Shown: in pieces, positions 1 to 10,975 of the stretch
Layout: every line of letters begins with the position of its first letter
Numbering within the stretch: the stretch's first letter is position 1
DNA from: Macrostomum lignano
Lineage: Eukaryota
Assembly (NCBI GenBank): GCA_002269645.1
Contig: NIVC01004491.1
Location: forward strand, 1-44,325
Direction: 5' to 3'
Length of the DNA: 44,325 nt
Made by a program: the position numbers and the translations under genes
The notes under the pieces: model-generated
The model's database searches: none
Seen by the model: only the letters and a program-made list of their open reading frames with translations
What the model was told of the DNA's origin: nothing

Positions 1-718
1 CACACGACTTTTATATGCAACCAGCTAATATATCTGCACCTAGCAGGGTGAGCTCTAGATGAATTCTCAGTGTAATTGCGCAATGTATACTTAAGCGTAT
101 TGGACGAGGACGTCGAAATTCCCGGAGACTTTCTGGCCATGAGTGAGGGACAATTTGAAGCGCAAAATTCGAGAGAAAAGTAAAGCCTCTTCTTTCAAGA
201 CGGTTAATTTTTTTAAAAATTGAGAACCGGAACTGCGGCAAGAAAAGGCGCCCAGAACAGCAGCGGCGTGTGCTCTTTACGGAGGATGGAGTAGGGAAAA
301 GAGCAAAACACTGCACGTCGAGTCATGTTAAATGGGAATGAAGAGCATCATTGGCATGGGGGTCTATTGAAGATTAGGTATATATAAGTTTTTGGGGGTC
401 GAAAGGGGATGACAAACTAAAGGAAAATGGTATATTCTTCTGCAGTCGGGATGCTTGATATTGTATTACCGCGGCGCTGATGAGTGCATTGACAGTGTTT
501 CCCTATAGACTAGTAGTCTATGGTCTGGAAAGACAATAACACGCAGCCTTGGAAGAACTTCTTGGGGTGGGGAGTTTATGGCCATAGACAATTTTAATTT
601 TAATAGGAAAGCCAGAGTTTTTGTATTAAAGTCGAAGCTGAGGCGAGATATCAAGCTCAGACAAATGCTAAATGCAGAACATTTTTAATTAAAAGCGTGA
701 CATATCGAAATCAACTAG

Positions 719-1094
719 ACTTCTACCACCGTTACTTAACTACAAAGCTCTGCCAACGGATGAGATTAGTGGCGTCACTGATAATGAGTTGGATGTCATT
801 ACGATGAATGTCGGAGCTTATCGACACTTCATGAACTTCCTGGCGAAGGAGACCGAACAACTTGACGATTTACAGGAGTTCGAAGAACAACTAGCTGATA
901 GCGGTGATCTGAGTGATGAGTTGCTCCAGTTAGATGGCATCGAGATTCAAGGTCTGCCCGCTAGCACCAGGTGGCAAATAGAGGACGATCAGTTGAAATG
1001 CAAGCTAGTCCGTCCAAAGAAATGCGCGTCCGTATCGATGGCACTAATAATTCAATCAATATTGAATTCGAGTGAGGACTCTTTTAGACAGTGA
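719..1094 (+). CDS. Possible terminal coding exon of an unidentified gene (acidic, helical-looking peptide)
   Basis: Frame open from 693 to the TGA at 1092-1094 (..YKALPTDEISGVTDNELDVITMNVGAYRHF..EQLDDLQEFEEQLADSGD..); candidate acceptor AACTAG at 713-718; no recognised domain and no upstream exon identified. Confidence 0.25.
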
Positions 1095-1825
1095 TTAAAT
1101 TTATTATATTTGCCTGTTAAGGAACAATCTCTACTAGGGTGTTGAACAATTAGCGACTTCAATAGGCGACCAAAAAATCGTACAATTTCGTTAAATAGCT
1201 TTTTTAAACCTGTTATCTTTCGTATTCTTGTTAGTTTTCTGTTATCTTAAAATATACCAATGGACAATAACACGCAAAAATGTTGACAATAGCACGCATC
1301 TCAAAGTGCAGTTAATGGGCAGCGAGACGCTTGTAAATGACCAATGACCAGGGGCATTTCATGCACGAAACTATATATAGTATTTAGAAGCATTTAAATT
1401 TTTCCTAACTCAGTAATTTTACATCCTTGAAACAATTTCACTTAGTCTTTTTGTTTTAAAAAGCATTTTTTAATACATTATCGTTCTTTGACCCGGACAT
1501 CACCAATCCGGATATCTCAAAGCAAACATTAGTTTCTCGGCCGGATGCTTCAACCTAGCTTGTGACTTCCGGGGGAGAGACTGCAAGTAGCTTGAGATAT
1601 CCGGACCGGATACTTTGAAATGCTTGAACTATCCGGGGGGGGAGATCAGAAAGCACTTCCAATGTCCAGGGAGATCAGAAAGTACAATATAAGTACAATA
1701 TTTCAATATTTCAAAGTACAATATTTCACTTGTACTATCTGGGCGGATAACACAAGACACGGATATCCGAAAGTATAACACCGGCCAGAGGGCTACATAA
1801 AGACTCTATATCGTACCCTCCCGTT

Positions 1826-1855
1826 CCTTTGAAATTTCACAATAGCAATCCGGCC
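1826..1855. repeat. Short fragment of the hAT-MITE family seen at 40991 and 42435
   Basis: CCTTTGAAATTTCACAATAGCAATCCGGCC matches CCTTTGAATCCTCACAATAGCAATCCGGCC inside the 42435-42738 element. Confidence 0.5.
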
Positions 1856-2049
1856 CGCTACAATGCACGCGAAGTACGCAGAGCAAAGATAGCGTCTCAC
1901 TAACTTTGGCTACATTTGATGGCGACCGTACCTCGATGTACAATATTTCACCAAGTTCGGGACTTGTCAAACAAGTGAACATCCTTTCCTTTTTTAAAGT
2001 CAAGTCTTTCGCGTTTTTGAACTTTTTACTTTCTAAGGTTTACGATACT

Positions 2050-3328
2050 TTAGGGTTCTTTATTGGGATTTGATACACTGCTCCCCCCCGGGCCCAAGGT
2101 AAATTCCTGAGCACGCCCCGCTGCACCCATCTCTGCCGGGGGCTCACATGCTGCGGTCTCGTCCGAAGCATCGAAAGCCTCGTTGGCTCGCCAGCTGGGT
2201 CTCAGTAGTCCAGACCCCTGCTGCTCCTGTTGCTTAGAAGCCTTGGAATCTTCGCCCTCCCTCTTTGGCGACTCAGCTGTTTGAAGCATCGAGTTTGCTC
2301 TCGAACGGTGCTGCTGCTGCAGCTGGATGCTGCTGGCCCCAGCAACGGCATCATTAACTGCTGCAACTGGCAGCCGTCTTGAGCATGAGCTGCCCCGTCT
2401 CGATCTGGAGTAGCCGCTCCTGCTACTGCCATTGTCGTGATTCTCCTCCGCCTCTTCGCTGTCCTGCCACAGGAACCGCAGGCCGCGAAGAATGTCAGCG
2501 TACAGCCGTCGGCGCCCGATCGTCCGGGCGTCCTCACTTGGACTCCGCTGCCGGCGCAGGTGCTGGCGATACTCGGTGCCCAGCACGGCCAGCACAATCA
2601 GCAGGAACAGGCCAACGCCCAGCAGGAGGCCGCCAAGCCTGCCGTACAGCATGAGGCTCACCTGAGCTCGAATTGATTGATTTGGTGGAATTGAGTTGCT
2701 CAGCTACACAGTGTTACACACGGAGTTATTGAGCTCTATTTTTCCATTTGTACTGTAGGATTTGACTGTAGGATTGGGTGCTGTCGGCTGTGCGATGTAC
2801 ATGTAACAGTGTGTATATAGTGCCTGACCATGAGAAAGTCAGTGCCGATGTAAACCCTGTGTGAGCTTGTGACTCCGTATGTGCGTTGACTGCTTGCCTC
2901 TTTGCTGGATAAAGCACATTAGTTAGCGAGCTTTCTAACAAAGAAAGAAGGCTGTCATCGTCAAGGATCGGGTGCTGTCCATACATTTAGGCTCGTCTAC
3001 CACATTGTGGAAGGTTTCACTCATGAAAACAATAGATATGATTTTTACCAACCTTCGCAGCAACCGCCTCCTCTTTTGTGAGGCTGACCATCTCCCTTTG
3101 CAGTCGGTCGGCAGTGGGCAAGCCATAGACTATTAGTCCAGCTCCGATGCAGCTCACAGCGGCTCCAATCGCTCCCAGAATCACGGCCGCAACGAATTGG
3201 CACCTGTAGTCCCTGTCCCAGTCTCTGCGCGATTGCTGCTGCTTCCGCAGTTTCCGCTCCTGGCGCTGTTGCTTCTTTTGCCAGGATTGCAGCGAGGAAG
3301 CTGTCTGGACTGACTCTCGGCACGACAT
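2050..3328 (-). CDS. Orphan two-transmembrane (hairpin) membrane protein, ~295 aa, 2 exons
   Basis: Exon 1 3328-3053 (GCC-ATG after an in-frame TGA; 92 codons; TM1 FVAAVILGAIGAAVSCIGAGLIVYGL; donor AAG|GTTGGT). Exon 2 2661-2050 (acceptor CTCAG|GTG, phase 0; TM2 LGGLLLGVGLFLLIVLAVLG, then a long S/R/Q/E-rich tail). Splice phases match. Confidence 0.6.
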
Positions 3329-3837
3329 GGCACTGTAGACTGCCTCCCGCCTTCAACTGCTACCATCGATGATGCGGCCGCATGAAGTCCGAGTCCTGGG
3401 GCCTGAGTCGACTCTTAAATAATTTATTCTTGGCAGGCAGTTGTGTGCGCGGAATGCGCCTCAATGTTTGCGCAGCGGAGCAGCGAGCGCTCCAGTGCTG
3501 CGCTTCTGCCAAGTTATTGACCTGATCGCCTCCCCTCTAGCCAGCGGAGATTGGGTATGGCGACAGGTTTTCCCTTAGTAGAGGCGATTTGCCCGCCAAC
3601 CACTTTTGCTTTCTTTGCTCCCGCACTCTTCTTTTGTGAACTACGGCCTATTGGATTTCTCGCTGCCCTATGCCTCAGCCAATGGCTGGTGACATTCTGT
3701 ATTCCTGTATTGAGCAGTGCTCACCCGGCACCCTTCATCATCGATTGATTCGTCGCAAAAGACACCAAAGAAAAATTCTTAATTTAATTTTCAACTCTTG
3801 TCATGCATTGATTTCATCGTTTTGCTCTTGTAGCTTT

Positions 3838-4155
3838 TTACAGATTTGGGTCCAGATGTAGCGTCTGATCAGGCAATCCAATTGTCGGCGAGGTCACGTG
3901 ATTCAAGCTCCCGACGGTGTGTACATTCCTGACAATGGGAAAGTCAGGGTCGCTGTTATACCCGATGTGAGCGTGTGCCTGCTCAGGGTTCATCAGGATG
4001 GGGACGACTGCGGGTCGTTCCTTAGTTTCTGACCGATCGATAAACCGGTGCACACTGCTCGAACCCGATGAGGAACCGCCCTTTCTTCCCGTTGGTGCAT
4101 GAAGCATTGCGCTCGATTTGACCTGCATAAAAGTGGGCGGAGCCTCGTGCAGCAG
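3838..4155 (-). CDS. Possible terminal exon of an unidentified gene
   Basis: Open frame LLHEAPPTFMQVKSS..GYNSDPDFPIVRNVHTVGSL..DPNL* preceded by TAG (4158-4156), which is either an acceptor or an in-frame stop; no recognised domain. Confidence 0.22.
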   Translation of the reverse strand: MLHEAPPTFMQVKSSAMLHAPTGRKGGSSSGSSSVHRFIDRSETKERPAVVPILMNPEQAHAHIGYNSDPDFPIVRNVHTVGSLNHVTSPTIGLPDQTLHLDPNL

Positions 4156-4587
4156 CTATTCGCCTTGAGCAGCGTCTTCTTGACAATAGTGAAAATTGTA
4201 TAGCTCCTAATGCCTCTACGTATGAAGCATACAATTTTATTATGCACTTCTCAGAGTTCCAGTCAACAAAAGACAGTCGCGGCTCTTTAGCTCGTCTTCT
4301 TCTTCAATCTCCGCCCGGACCTAATTTCATTTGGCTTCTGATTTGCAACAGGTGACCGCACCTGCTTCCGCTGTGTTGCCAGGGCTGTCCGCATAGCTAC
4401 TGAGTAGAAAGCAGGCAAGAAATCCCTTTGTGTAGAAATATTTCATGCTGTTTCAATGTGCATAGCGAAAGCAAAAAGTTTCAAAATATATTTTTACTAG
4501 TGCTACTTATAGTAGCAATCAGTGCATATTAAATGTTTTTTATAACAAAGCATAAAATTTCATCATGGATTTTCGACGAAAATTAAC

Positions 4588-5250
4588 GGTGCCCGCATTG
4601 GGGTGAATGGCACATTCTCCAGGTGCCCGCATTGGGGTTAATGGCACATTCTCCAGGTGCCCGCATTGGGGTGAATGGCACATTCTCCAGGTGCCCGCAT
4701 TGGGGTGAATGGCACATTCTCCAGATGCCCGCATTGGGGTGAATGGCACATTCTCCAGGTGCCTGTATTGGGGTGAATGGCACATTCTCCAGATGCTCGC
4801 ATTGGGGTGAATGGCACATTCTCCAGGTGCCTGTATTGGGGTGAATGGCACATTCTCCAGGTGCCTGTATTGGGGTGAATGGCACATTCTCCAGATGCCC
4901 GCATTGGGGTGAATGGCACATTCTCCAGATGCCCGCATTGGGGTGAATGGCACGTTCTCCAGGTGCCTGCATTGGGGTGAATGGCACATTCTCCAGATGC
5001 CTGTATTGGGGTGAATGGCACATTCTCCAGGTGTCTGCATTGGGGTGAATGGCACATTCTCCAGGTGCCTGCATTGGGGTTAATGGCACATTCTCCAGAT
5101 GCCTGTATTGGGGTGAATGGTACATTCTCCAGATGCCCGCATTGGGGTGAATGGCACATTCTCCAGGTGTCTGCATTGGGGTGAATGGCACATTCTCCAG
5201 GTGTCTGCATTGGGGTGAATGGCACATTCTCCAGGTGCCTGCATTGGGGT
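4588..5250. repeat. 34-bp minisatellite, ~19.5 copies
   Basis: Unit GCATTGGGGTGAATGGCACATTCTCCAGGTGCCY; GCATT recurs from 4595 to 5241 at 34-nt spacing. It explains the repetitive minus-strand ORFs. Confidence 0.97.
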
Positions 5251-5335
5251 TTGAATGTTTTGAATACCTTTCATTTTTACAGTACGTGAACATTTTGTGA
5301 CCATCTTTTATGTTACAAATTTGTTAACTAATTTA

Positions 5336-5636
5336 GGGGTTGTAGCCTAGTGGTTAGAGCGTCGGACTCACGACTTGAAGGTTGGAGGTTCGATTCCCGA
5401 TCCCACTGAAACAATTTGTGTCCTTGAGCAAGACACCTAACTCTACATTGCTTCAGTTAACCCAGCTGTAAAAATGGGTGCCAGCATTAGCTGAGGTAAT
5501 TGAGGCTGTGTGGCGACCCCAGTCCTTGGACTGAACAGCCGTACGCAGCCTTCAGATGCGCCGCGCAATAGCTGCGGCTGAGCTGTCGGTTGCACATCTG
5601 CCCGTTAGGCAGGTGTAATCAGTCGTTATTATTATT
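5336..5636 (+). mobile_element. tRNA-derived SINE, family 1 (CORE-like central domain), copy 1
   Basis: A-box TAGCCTAGTGG, B-box GGTTCGATTCC, central TGTGTCCTTGAGCAAGACACCTAAC..CTGTAAAAATGGGT, (ATT)n tail; four more copies in the window. Confidence 0.85.
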
Positions 5637-6048
5637 GGTAGCCAAGGAAAACAAGACAAAATAGGAAATTCGATTGTTTCAATTTAACGAAATGTTCAGG
5701 TGCCAATTTTAGAAAAACCCTGCTATATCCCCCAAGCTTGTAACCATGACGATTTCCCGAACTAGCCAGTACACATGCATACATACAGTACAAGATAAAT
5801 AGCGTTGAGCATTGCTAGTCTGCCTAAATGCTTAATGGAATTTATCACCTATCCCCCCCTGCGAATGAATGTGAGCAAACAGCAGCTGTCCCAGCTAAAG
5901 AGCTCAAAGGTAAGAAAAACTGCATCAGGCATTGCCTGTTCGCCTGGGTGAGCCTCCATTATCCAGCTATGCACAAATGCTGTAGTGCCGACTGAATTTT
6001 ATAATCCTCCTATTTTTCAGCGAGCTGCATTTCAATGCTGGTATTGAG

Positions 6049-6052
<4 letters not shown>

Positions 6053-6092
<40 letters not shown>
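6053..6092. repeat. (GA)20 microsatellite
   Basis: Perfect dinucleotide run. Confidence 0.97.
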
Positions 6093-6094
<2 letters not shown>

Positions 6095-7693
6095 ATAGCC
6101 AGCGTTCATCATCAAATGCAAACACATCACCAAGCAGTGAATGGCAACTTTTCATCCGTATAGCCCCCCCCCCCTGCTTTCCTGCATGCTTTGCCGTGGC
6201 GCGGGCCTCCGCTCCATTTCCTTCAACGCGTTAATCCCTTGTTCAAGACATGTGGACAGAAAAGCCCCACACCTTCCCAGACTTGGCTCGCCTGAGACGC
6301 ATGATCCATGAGACCGGGGGGGGGGGGCTCGGTCGTAGCTTGCGGCCTTTCAGCTGAATAATTCAGCAGATAATGTAGGAAATTTGTGCCCGAAGAGTTG
6401 TGAGCAGCTAACGGCGTATACTGAGTGCTCAACCAGCCACTTTGTACGCCATGCATTAAAGATTTGGGAAGGAATATGGGACACGCATGCTCAACCTATG
6501 CTCTAAACACTTTCTCAGCCTCTTAGCCAGAGAAACCCGAGCAAATGAAGGTCTCGAAGCATTGCTTGCCTGTTGGGCGCAACTTGCCACCTCTTCACTA
6601 CTGGCGGAGCATTTCGATGTATGTAGACGTTCGGTTGGGGGCAGTTCTCATTGCAGATATGAGTTAGTCTGTATATGCTCAGAAGTCAACAAAATGAACA
6701 GAATTTCCTACTCTCTCCGGAATCAGCACTGTCCTCCTTATTTGAAAAATCTTCTAATCATGAGCATGGTAGTAAAGCGTTTGCAATTTAACTCAATTCG
6801 GATTGCATCATAGAGTTTCAAACTAGTTAAAGCAGCTGTCTGATTGCACTGTTAGAAGTGGATACTCGAATAAAAACTGCTGGCCAGACGAGTATAATCA
6901 GAATGGGAATCGAAAAATTGCAGACAAGTTTTCAGTCTGAGTATGCACTCCCGCTGGAATTAATGCGAAATCCTAACGCCTGCATCCCAGCTCTTCCAGT
7001 TGCAGTTGCCATTGGCTCAATGAGAGATCCAATAGTAAGAAGGCAACAGTAGATGAGGCATAGGATTCCGATATCAGCATCAGCTAGGCAAGATGCTGAT
7101 GATACTGATAAGGGAAGAGAACTATCGAACTCAAACCCCACCAAATCTGCTCGAAAACTGATCGGAAAAGTTACAAGTCAATTGAGGTAAGAAGTGATAT
7201 TCTGTTTTTGTGCCGACAATGCACCAGAGGTAGTTCGCACTTTCTTCCAAATTTCAGTCTCAAATAAACTGAACGTTTAAATCGTGCTGTCGCAACGTAT
7301 TATTGAGGCCCAGCCACGAATGCATTGAATGGAAGAGGGTCCTTACTATCGGGACATCGACCACCGCACAGCCAGAGGTCCAAGGCGTTCTTTTTCAAGG
7401 TACGGTCATTTGAAAATGCTTTGGTTTGTTTTAGCAATGTCTGAACTGAACACTTTACAAGAGTTTATTTGACGATACGCAGAACACCGGATATGCACTC
7501 AGCAACATTTAAAAGTGCCCACCCTTGCGCCAAGGGTCCATGGGCAGCACGATCGATGGTTTCGCCAATTGGTTTTGGGCCATAGAAAAATAGGTAAAAA
7601 AGGGCAGGAAAGTAAAGACCGATATCTGGTGTCACAGGGAAAAGCGTTACAGTAACGAGTGTACAGGAGTTAACTGGAGGCATCTGGACGCGG

Positions 7694-7960
7694 GTGACAA
7701 CGATAGTCCGCCAAATGACTGATTGGCGCACTTTGCGTTGGCCGTCCAGATCACCGGATATGAACTCGATTGAGCACGTGTGGGATTTCCTGAAGCGCAC
7801 GATTCGGTGCAACAAACTCTATCCCCCCAGAACATGGTCCAGCTGCGCAATGCGCTTTCAGTCGCGTGGCAACAGCTTCCACAAGACTTTCTGCGGCGCC
7901 TTGCTCGGGAATTACTCGACGAGTGAGCGGTCTGTTTGACGCTCGTGGTTGCTATCTATA
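7694..7960 (+). mobile_element. Degenerate Tc1/mariner transposase C-terminal remnant
   Basis: WPSRSPDMNSIEHVWDFLKR (Tc1 D..E motif WPxxSPDLNPIExxW); after frameshifts, NMVQLRNALSVAWQQLPQDFLRRL and RRVSGLFDARGCY, resembling Tc1 C-termini. Confidence 0.8.
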
Positions 7961-8230
7961 CCTGTTACTGACTGTGTTTTAGACATGTACACAGCGTGGA
8001 AATGGGTATGGACTTGTTTCGTTGATCCTTCTTTGCTGCCTTATTTTGATTGTCTATGGCCTAAACATAGTTGAAAAACTTTTCAATCCCTAATCGGACA
8101 AGAACGGAAAGATTCTACACGGACAAACCATAGAAAGCCATAGACAGCAGAAACCTATTTGGGCCACACAGCTGGAAGGCATGGGTAAGAGTAAAGAATG
8201 GCGCAGAGTGGACCATTTCCGTGTGTACAA

Positions 8231-8987
8231 GTTTAGTATAGCTTTTGGCAGCCTATTTGGGCTTACGCGCATTTAATTTAATCCAAGATAGGTTTGCCAA
8301 TGTAATGGAGCTTTGTCTATGGTAGCAAGGCTACCGCAGCGGCATTTAATTTGGTCTAACAAGCACCAATTTGGTCCAAATGCTTGTGAGCCAATGGCAA
8401 ACTCTTGCCTTCTTGCAACTGCCTAAGGGAATGTCAGCGTCTGTACCAGCAATTTCCAGTCGCTTTCCAGAGCTCTGCTGATAGTCCAAATCTGATAACC
8501 AACTGGAACTGTTCCTTCAACTGCTGCTGCATTTTCTGCAACGTCAACAAAGGGTTCGTCTCAATTGCATTAAGTAGCAGTTGGACCTGAGTCTCTAGCA
8601 ACTTGCCTTGGCGATTGCCACCTTACCACAGGCGACCTATGCCAGAAGTGGTTTCAACACGCTGATGGATTGCTGTAAACCATCTTTCTTCTATATTCAG
8701 CAGCCTTGCAATGTCCTTTGGGTGTTCACCTCTGTTGAGTGCTTTGATGACAAGCCAGTGGCACACGTTCGACAACCTAGCATGGTTCACAATTCTGGGG
8801 CTGGTGTTGCTCCTCCGCAACAGTTGAAAATGAAGCTATGGACCAAATTGATGCTTGTTGGACCAAATTAAATGGCGCTGTGGCAGTCTTGCTACCATAG
8901 ACAAAAGCTCTGTTGTATTGGCAAACGTATCTTGGATTGAATTAAATGCGCGTAAGCCCAAATAGGCTGCCAAAAGCTATAGTAAAC
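8231..8987 (-). mobile_element. Internally deleted IS630/Tc1-mariner derivative with ~148-bp terminal inverted repeats
   Basis: 8231-8378 is the reverse complement of 8839-8987; TATA at both outer ends. The interior (minus strand) encodes only the HTH region LVIKALNRGEHPKDIARLLNI..*GGNRQGKL..NPLLTLQKMQQQLKEQF, with a stop at 8625-8623 and a later frameshift. Confidence 0.75.
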
Positions 8988-9371
8988 AATCTATTGGGCA
9001 TTCTTGTGAGTTTCGCTTCCTATAAGGAGCGAAGCGAGCATTAGGGCTTCCCTGACAATACGTTAATATCAGTCTCGGGACAAAGAGAGGACAGTGAACG
9101 CATACGTGACTTTGTCGTTTGGAGTTTGATTGTCCATGAAAAAGTCAAATTGCTTGGCGATTTCAGCTCTTAGTCTGTGGGGAATATGAACTCTGCTGGG
9201 GGCTCTTTGCAACATCAAATTGGACGCAGTGAACACCAAGTAGGCAACAAAAAAGATATTTTGCGCGCCGAAGCTCTCCAGCTTTTTTCAAATTTTGTTG
9301 AACAACTTGTGAAACAAACCAGAGGAAATAGGCATGCTTTAATTTGATAATTAAAAGTTCAACAAGAAAGC

Positions 9372-9675
9372 ATAATATAATAATTAATAATTGATTACAC
9401 CTGCCCCAATTGGGCCAGATGTGCAACCGACTGCTCAGCCGCAGCTATTGCGCGGCGCATCTGAAGGCTGCGTACAGTCCAAGGACTGGGGGTCGCCACA
9501 CGCACCCTCAATTACCCCAGCTAATGCTGGCGCCCATTTTACAGCTGGGTGAACTGAAGCAGTGTAGAGTTAAGTGTCTTGCTTAAGAACACAAATTGTT
9601 CCAGTGGGATCGGGAATCGAACCCCCAACCTTCAAGTCGTAAGTTCGACGCTCTAATCACTAGTCTACAACCGCC
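9372..9675 (-). mobile_element. SINE family 1, copy 2
   Basis: Reverse complement of the 5336-5636 element along its full length, with an AT-rich tail at 9372-9392. Confidence 0.85.
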
Positions 9676-10205
9676 TTCAAGAAGGGGGAACACCCTTCTA
9701 CAAACCCCCTTCCTTGTGCTTCATTGTGCCTAACATTGTGCTTCAAAAAGAAAGCATTAGGTGTAAAAAATACTTCAACAATATCACATAATATTCTATT
9801 TATATTCTCCCTCATCGAACAGCTGTTGAGGCGCGGACTCGGGCTAAACTCAATTTTGGGGGTTCAAATCAGTTCGGCCTTACCGATCCGAACCAACAAG
9901 CCCAAGCCGTTCAGGCGGTGTTCCCGCGGCCACTAAATTGGGGCTAATTCAATTCTGCCTCCTCGTATAGAGCGATACCCTAGGCCAGCTTTTGGCAGGG
10001 TCTGAACTCTGCAATCTTTTGTTTTTCTTGCGCTCGGTTCCGATTTGGGCGGAGACAGTGGATTAAGGCAGTCCGGCCTTGCAAAGTTTACAGAAAGAAA
10101 CATCTGAAGCGACAAACAAAGTACAAAGTGTGCAAGCAAACATGTCAAGTTCAATGGCGAGCATAAGAATTCCACGGCTTTACACAAGAAACACAGGGCT
10201 GAGTA

Positions 10206-10725
10206 CAAGGGCGTCGCCGTGGATTTTATTGTGGGGGGACAAAGCTGAGAATTCAACATGTACATGACTAAATTCCTAAATTTCCATTATTTTGAGAAAT
10301 TTGCTGTCAGACTCAGCACTCATTTTAGCGCCGCAGCAGGCACTCATTTTAGCGCCGCAGCAGGCACTCATTTTGGCGCCGCAGGCACTCATTTTGGCAC
10401 CGCTGGCACTCCTTTTAGCGCCGCAGGCACTCATTTTGGCACCGCAAGCATTCATTTTGGCGCCGCAAGCACTCATTTTGGCGCCGCAGGCTCTCATTTT
10501 AGCGCCGCAGGCACTCATTTTGGCGCCACAGGCACTCATTTTAGAGCCGTAGGCACCATTATGGCGCCGAAGGCGCTATATTTTGGTGCCCTGAAGAAAA
10601 ATTATTGATTATCACGAGTCACAAGGTGGGTGGGGGGGACAAAGCATTGGCATTTCCCCCATAGCTTTTACTGAGGGCCGAGGGGACATCTCCCCCTTGT
10701 CCCCCCCCCGGTGGCGACGCGCCTG
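10206..10725. mobile_element. hAT-type MITE with perfect 8-bp TSD
   Basis: TIRs CAAGGGCGTCGCC / GGCGACGCGCCTG; TSD GCTGAGTA at 10198-10205 and 10726-10733. Confidence 0.85.
10316..10572. repeat. 21-bp (first two units 24-bp) tandem array inside the hAT MITE, ~12 copies
   Basis: Unit GCACTCATTTTGGCGCCGCAG; produces the spurious MSACGAK/ALILAPQ/AGTHFGA repeat ORFs. Confidence 0.92.
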
Positions 10726-10820
10726 GCTGAGTACGTGCGGCTCACCTGCAGTCACAGCTCATGACTTAGCAATCAGCGATCCAAGAGTCACAGAATTTCA
10801 GTAATTCTCCTCCCAGTTTG

Positions 10821-10975
10821 ACATCTCAGCAACTTTCCTATGAGCCTTGATTTCTCAGCAATTTTCCAAATGATTAACACCTTGACATCTCATCGATTCC
10901 CCCTGTAAGTCATGACATCTCATAAATTCCCCCATGAACCTTGACATCAAATGACATAAAATTCCCTATGAGTCT
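10821..10975. repeat. Degenerate ~29-bp tandem repeat, ~5 units
   Basis: Recurrent TTGACATCTCA..TTCCCYATGAGYC. Confidence 0.5.

Noticed and set aside
1489-1790. MITE with CCGGATATCTCAA inverted repeat (1509/1592)
   Set aside because: The 13-bp IR is real, but no termini or TSD could be defined
4540-5304. Long Cys/His-rich repeat proteins on the minus strand
   Set aside because: All are translations of the 34-bp minisatellite in different frames
5336-5410. Functional tRNA gene
   Set aside because: The cloverleaf is imperfect (mismatched anticodon stem) and is always followed by the same ~230-nt body in five copies, so it is a SINE head
6858-7180. Coding exon or TM protein in overlapping short ORFs
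   Set aside because: Interrupted by stops, with no convincing splice sites or motif; possibly decayed transposon sequence
10258-10608. MSACGAK / ALILAPQ / AGTHFGA repeat proteins
   Set aside because: Three frames of the 21-bp array inside a TSD-flanked MITE
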